A stretch of DNA of 63,985 nucleotides, counting the filler, from Conidiobolus incongruus B7586 (lineage: Eukaryota), in assembly GCA_000697335.1 (NCBI GenBank). It is 17 parts of 17 records of this genome, joined end to end, with 100 filler letters (N's around TTAATTAATTAA, not from the genome) between each part and the next. Parts side by side here need not be neighbours in the genome. Positions count along the whole stretch, not along the records: positions 62,664 to 63,985 come from JNEM01006893.1; 16 more parts are not named here. One strand, 5' to 3'. Both the position numbers and the translations under genes were made by a program. Numbering within the stretch: the stretch's first letter is position 1; each line of letters opens with the position of its first letter. Below the pieces are notes generated by a model that was not told where the DNA came from, did no database searches, and worked only from the letters and a program-made list of their open reading frames with translations. Shown here piece by piece: positions 62,681 through 63,985 of the stretch.

Positions 62681-63985
62681 TATTGACTTGTAAAGATAAA
62701 TTATAAAATCAAAAACACTTATATTTTTACTAATAACTAGATTAATATTTAATAAAATAAACTTAAATTAAATAATTAATATCTATTATATTTATTAATT
62801 ATATATATTATTAAATGATGATATTTAGTTATTAATTGATTAAAATATAAACCCTTAAATTTTACCTAGGGTGAGTTATAAATTTATAGCTTTTTGTTGA
62901 TAAAAAAAATTAAAACCTAGTATATTTACCTTTAACTTTTCTAGTTTTTTTAAGTTTGTAGAGTATAGAATCAATTAATTTCTTATACTAAAAAGGGTTA
63001 ATCTTGTTTTATACTTCTTAAACATATTCTTAAAGTTGATTTAAATTTTTTGTTAGGGGGAAAACTTTAGTAACTTTTTTTAACTAATCCCAAAGGTGTT
63101 TAATTAGATTAAAGTTAAAAGATTAAAGAAGCTACTTCATAATTGTTATTTTGTTATTTTTAAGCTATTTGGTAATAGAAGCTATAGTATAGCAAAAGGT
63201 ATTATCTTGCTAGAAAATAATATTAAATTTGTTTAACCTATATTATTCAATAGTTTTTTTCAATTTATTATTTAAAATACTTTAATATATCTTAACATTA
63301 ATTCCCCTATTAACTTTATAAAAATACCCTACACCTAAAAATAATATATATCCCTAAACAATAATTAACCTATCATTGTACTTTTAGGTAGAATCAACAT
63401 AATGGTTATAAATTAGTTTTATAACTTTTCTAAAGCATTTAGCTTTTTTATTAAATTTACTAAAGTATATTTTTGTTTTATTAGACTAAATAACCTTACT
63501 CTAATTAGTTTTAGTTTAATATTAGTAATAACATTTAAACTTCTACCTAGCTTTATAATAGGATTTTTTTAATTGGGGGTGTTTTTTCTTAAAGTGTAAA
63601 TAATATCTATATTAATATAAAACACATATAATAGTATTAATACTAATTAATATTCATATATAGTTTTATAGTTCCTGTTATATTTCTACAATAATACTAC
63701 ACTTGCCTGTATTAACCAACTTACAAATATACTTCTCATCATATTCATTAATAATTTTAATACACTTAAGTTTAAATTTAAATGTTTTTTTATTATTATT
63801 CTTAACAACCCTAGCTATAGTAAACTAACTAATACTAATAATTCTAGCAATATTATAAGTTGATTTACTTTCTTTATAAAGTTGATTAATCTATAAATAG
63901 ATTTTTTTACAGAGGAATTTAAGTATAATAATACTAATAAAAAAATTTAATATATCTATAAAATATTATATAAAATAATAACAAA
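62681..63985 (-). mobile_element. Tc1 family B copy (minus), runs off window end
   Basis: Mutated TIR TATTGACTTGTAAAGATAAATTATAAAATC; reverse complement of the B transposase. Confidence 0.9.

Overview
AT-rich eukaryotic scaffold with 16 artificial 100-nt gaps (N-TTAATTAATTAA-N). Gene content, 48-57-nt GT-AG introns and divergence suggest an early-diverging fungus, plausibly Entomophthorales/Conidiobolus-like (inference only). Genes: HMG-CoA reductase, histone H2A, GCIP/CCNDBP1-like, RPP40-like, ATG3, MET12-type MTHFR, an identical inverted pair of YqjM-type Old Yellow Enzyme genes, a White-collar-1-derived PAS-PAS protein and a fungal transcription-factor-domain protein. Much of the rest is dead DNA transposons (8 DD34D mariner copies/fragments, 9 IR/DR-type DD34E Tc1 copies/fragments) and LTRs. 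Two signals stand out. (1) A split wc-1 gene: the blue-light LOV exon survives only as an unannotated pseudo-exon with a frameshift at the photoactive Cys codon, while the PAS-B/PAS-C half stays open and restarts at an internal Met behind a TATA-like motif in the former intron, a candidate 'blind' White Collar-1. (2) Repeat-restricted, directional C>T/G>A hypermutation (RIP-like or methylation-driven) that destroyed every DNA transposon copy but left the adjacent 1.3-kb inverted gene duplication untouched.
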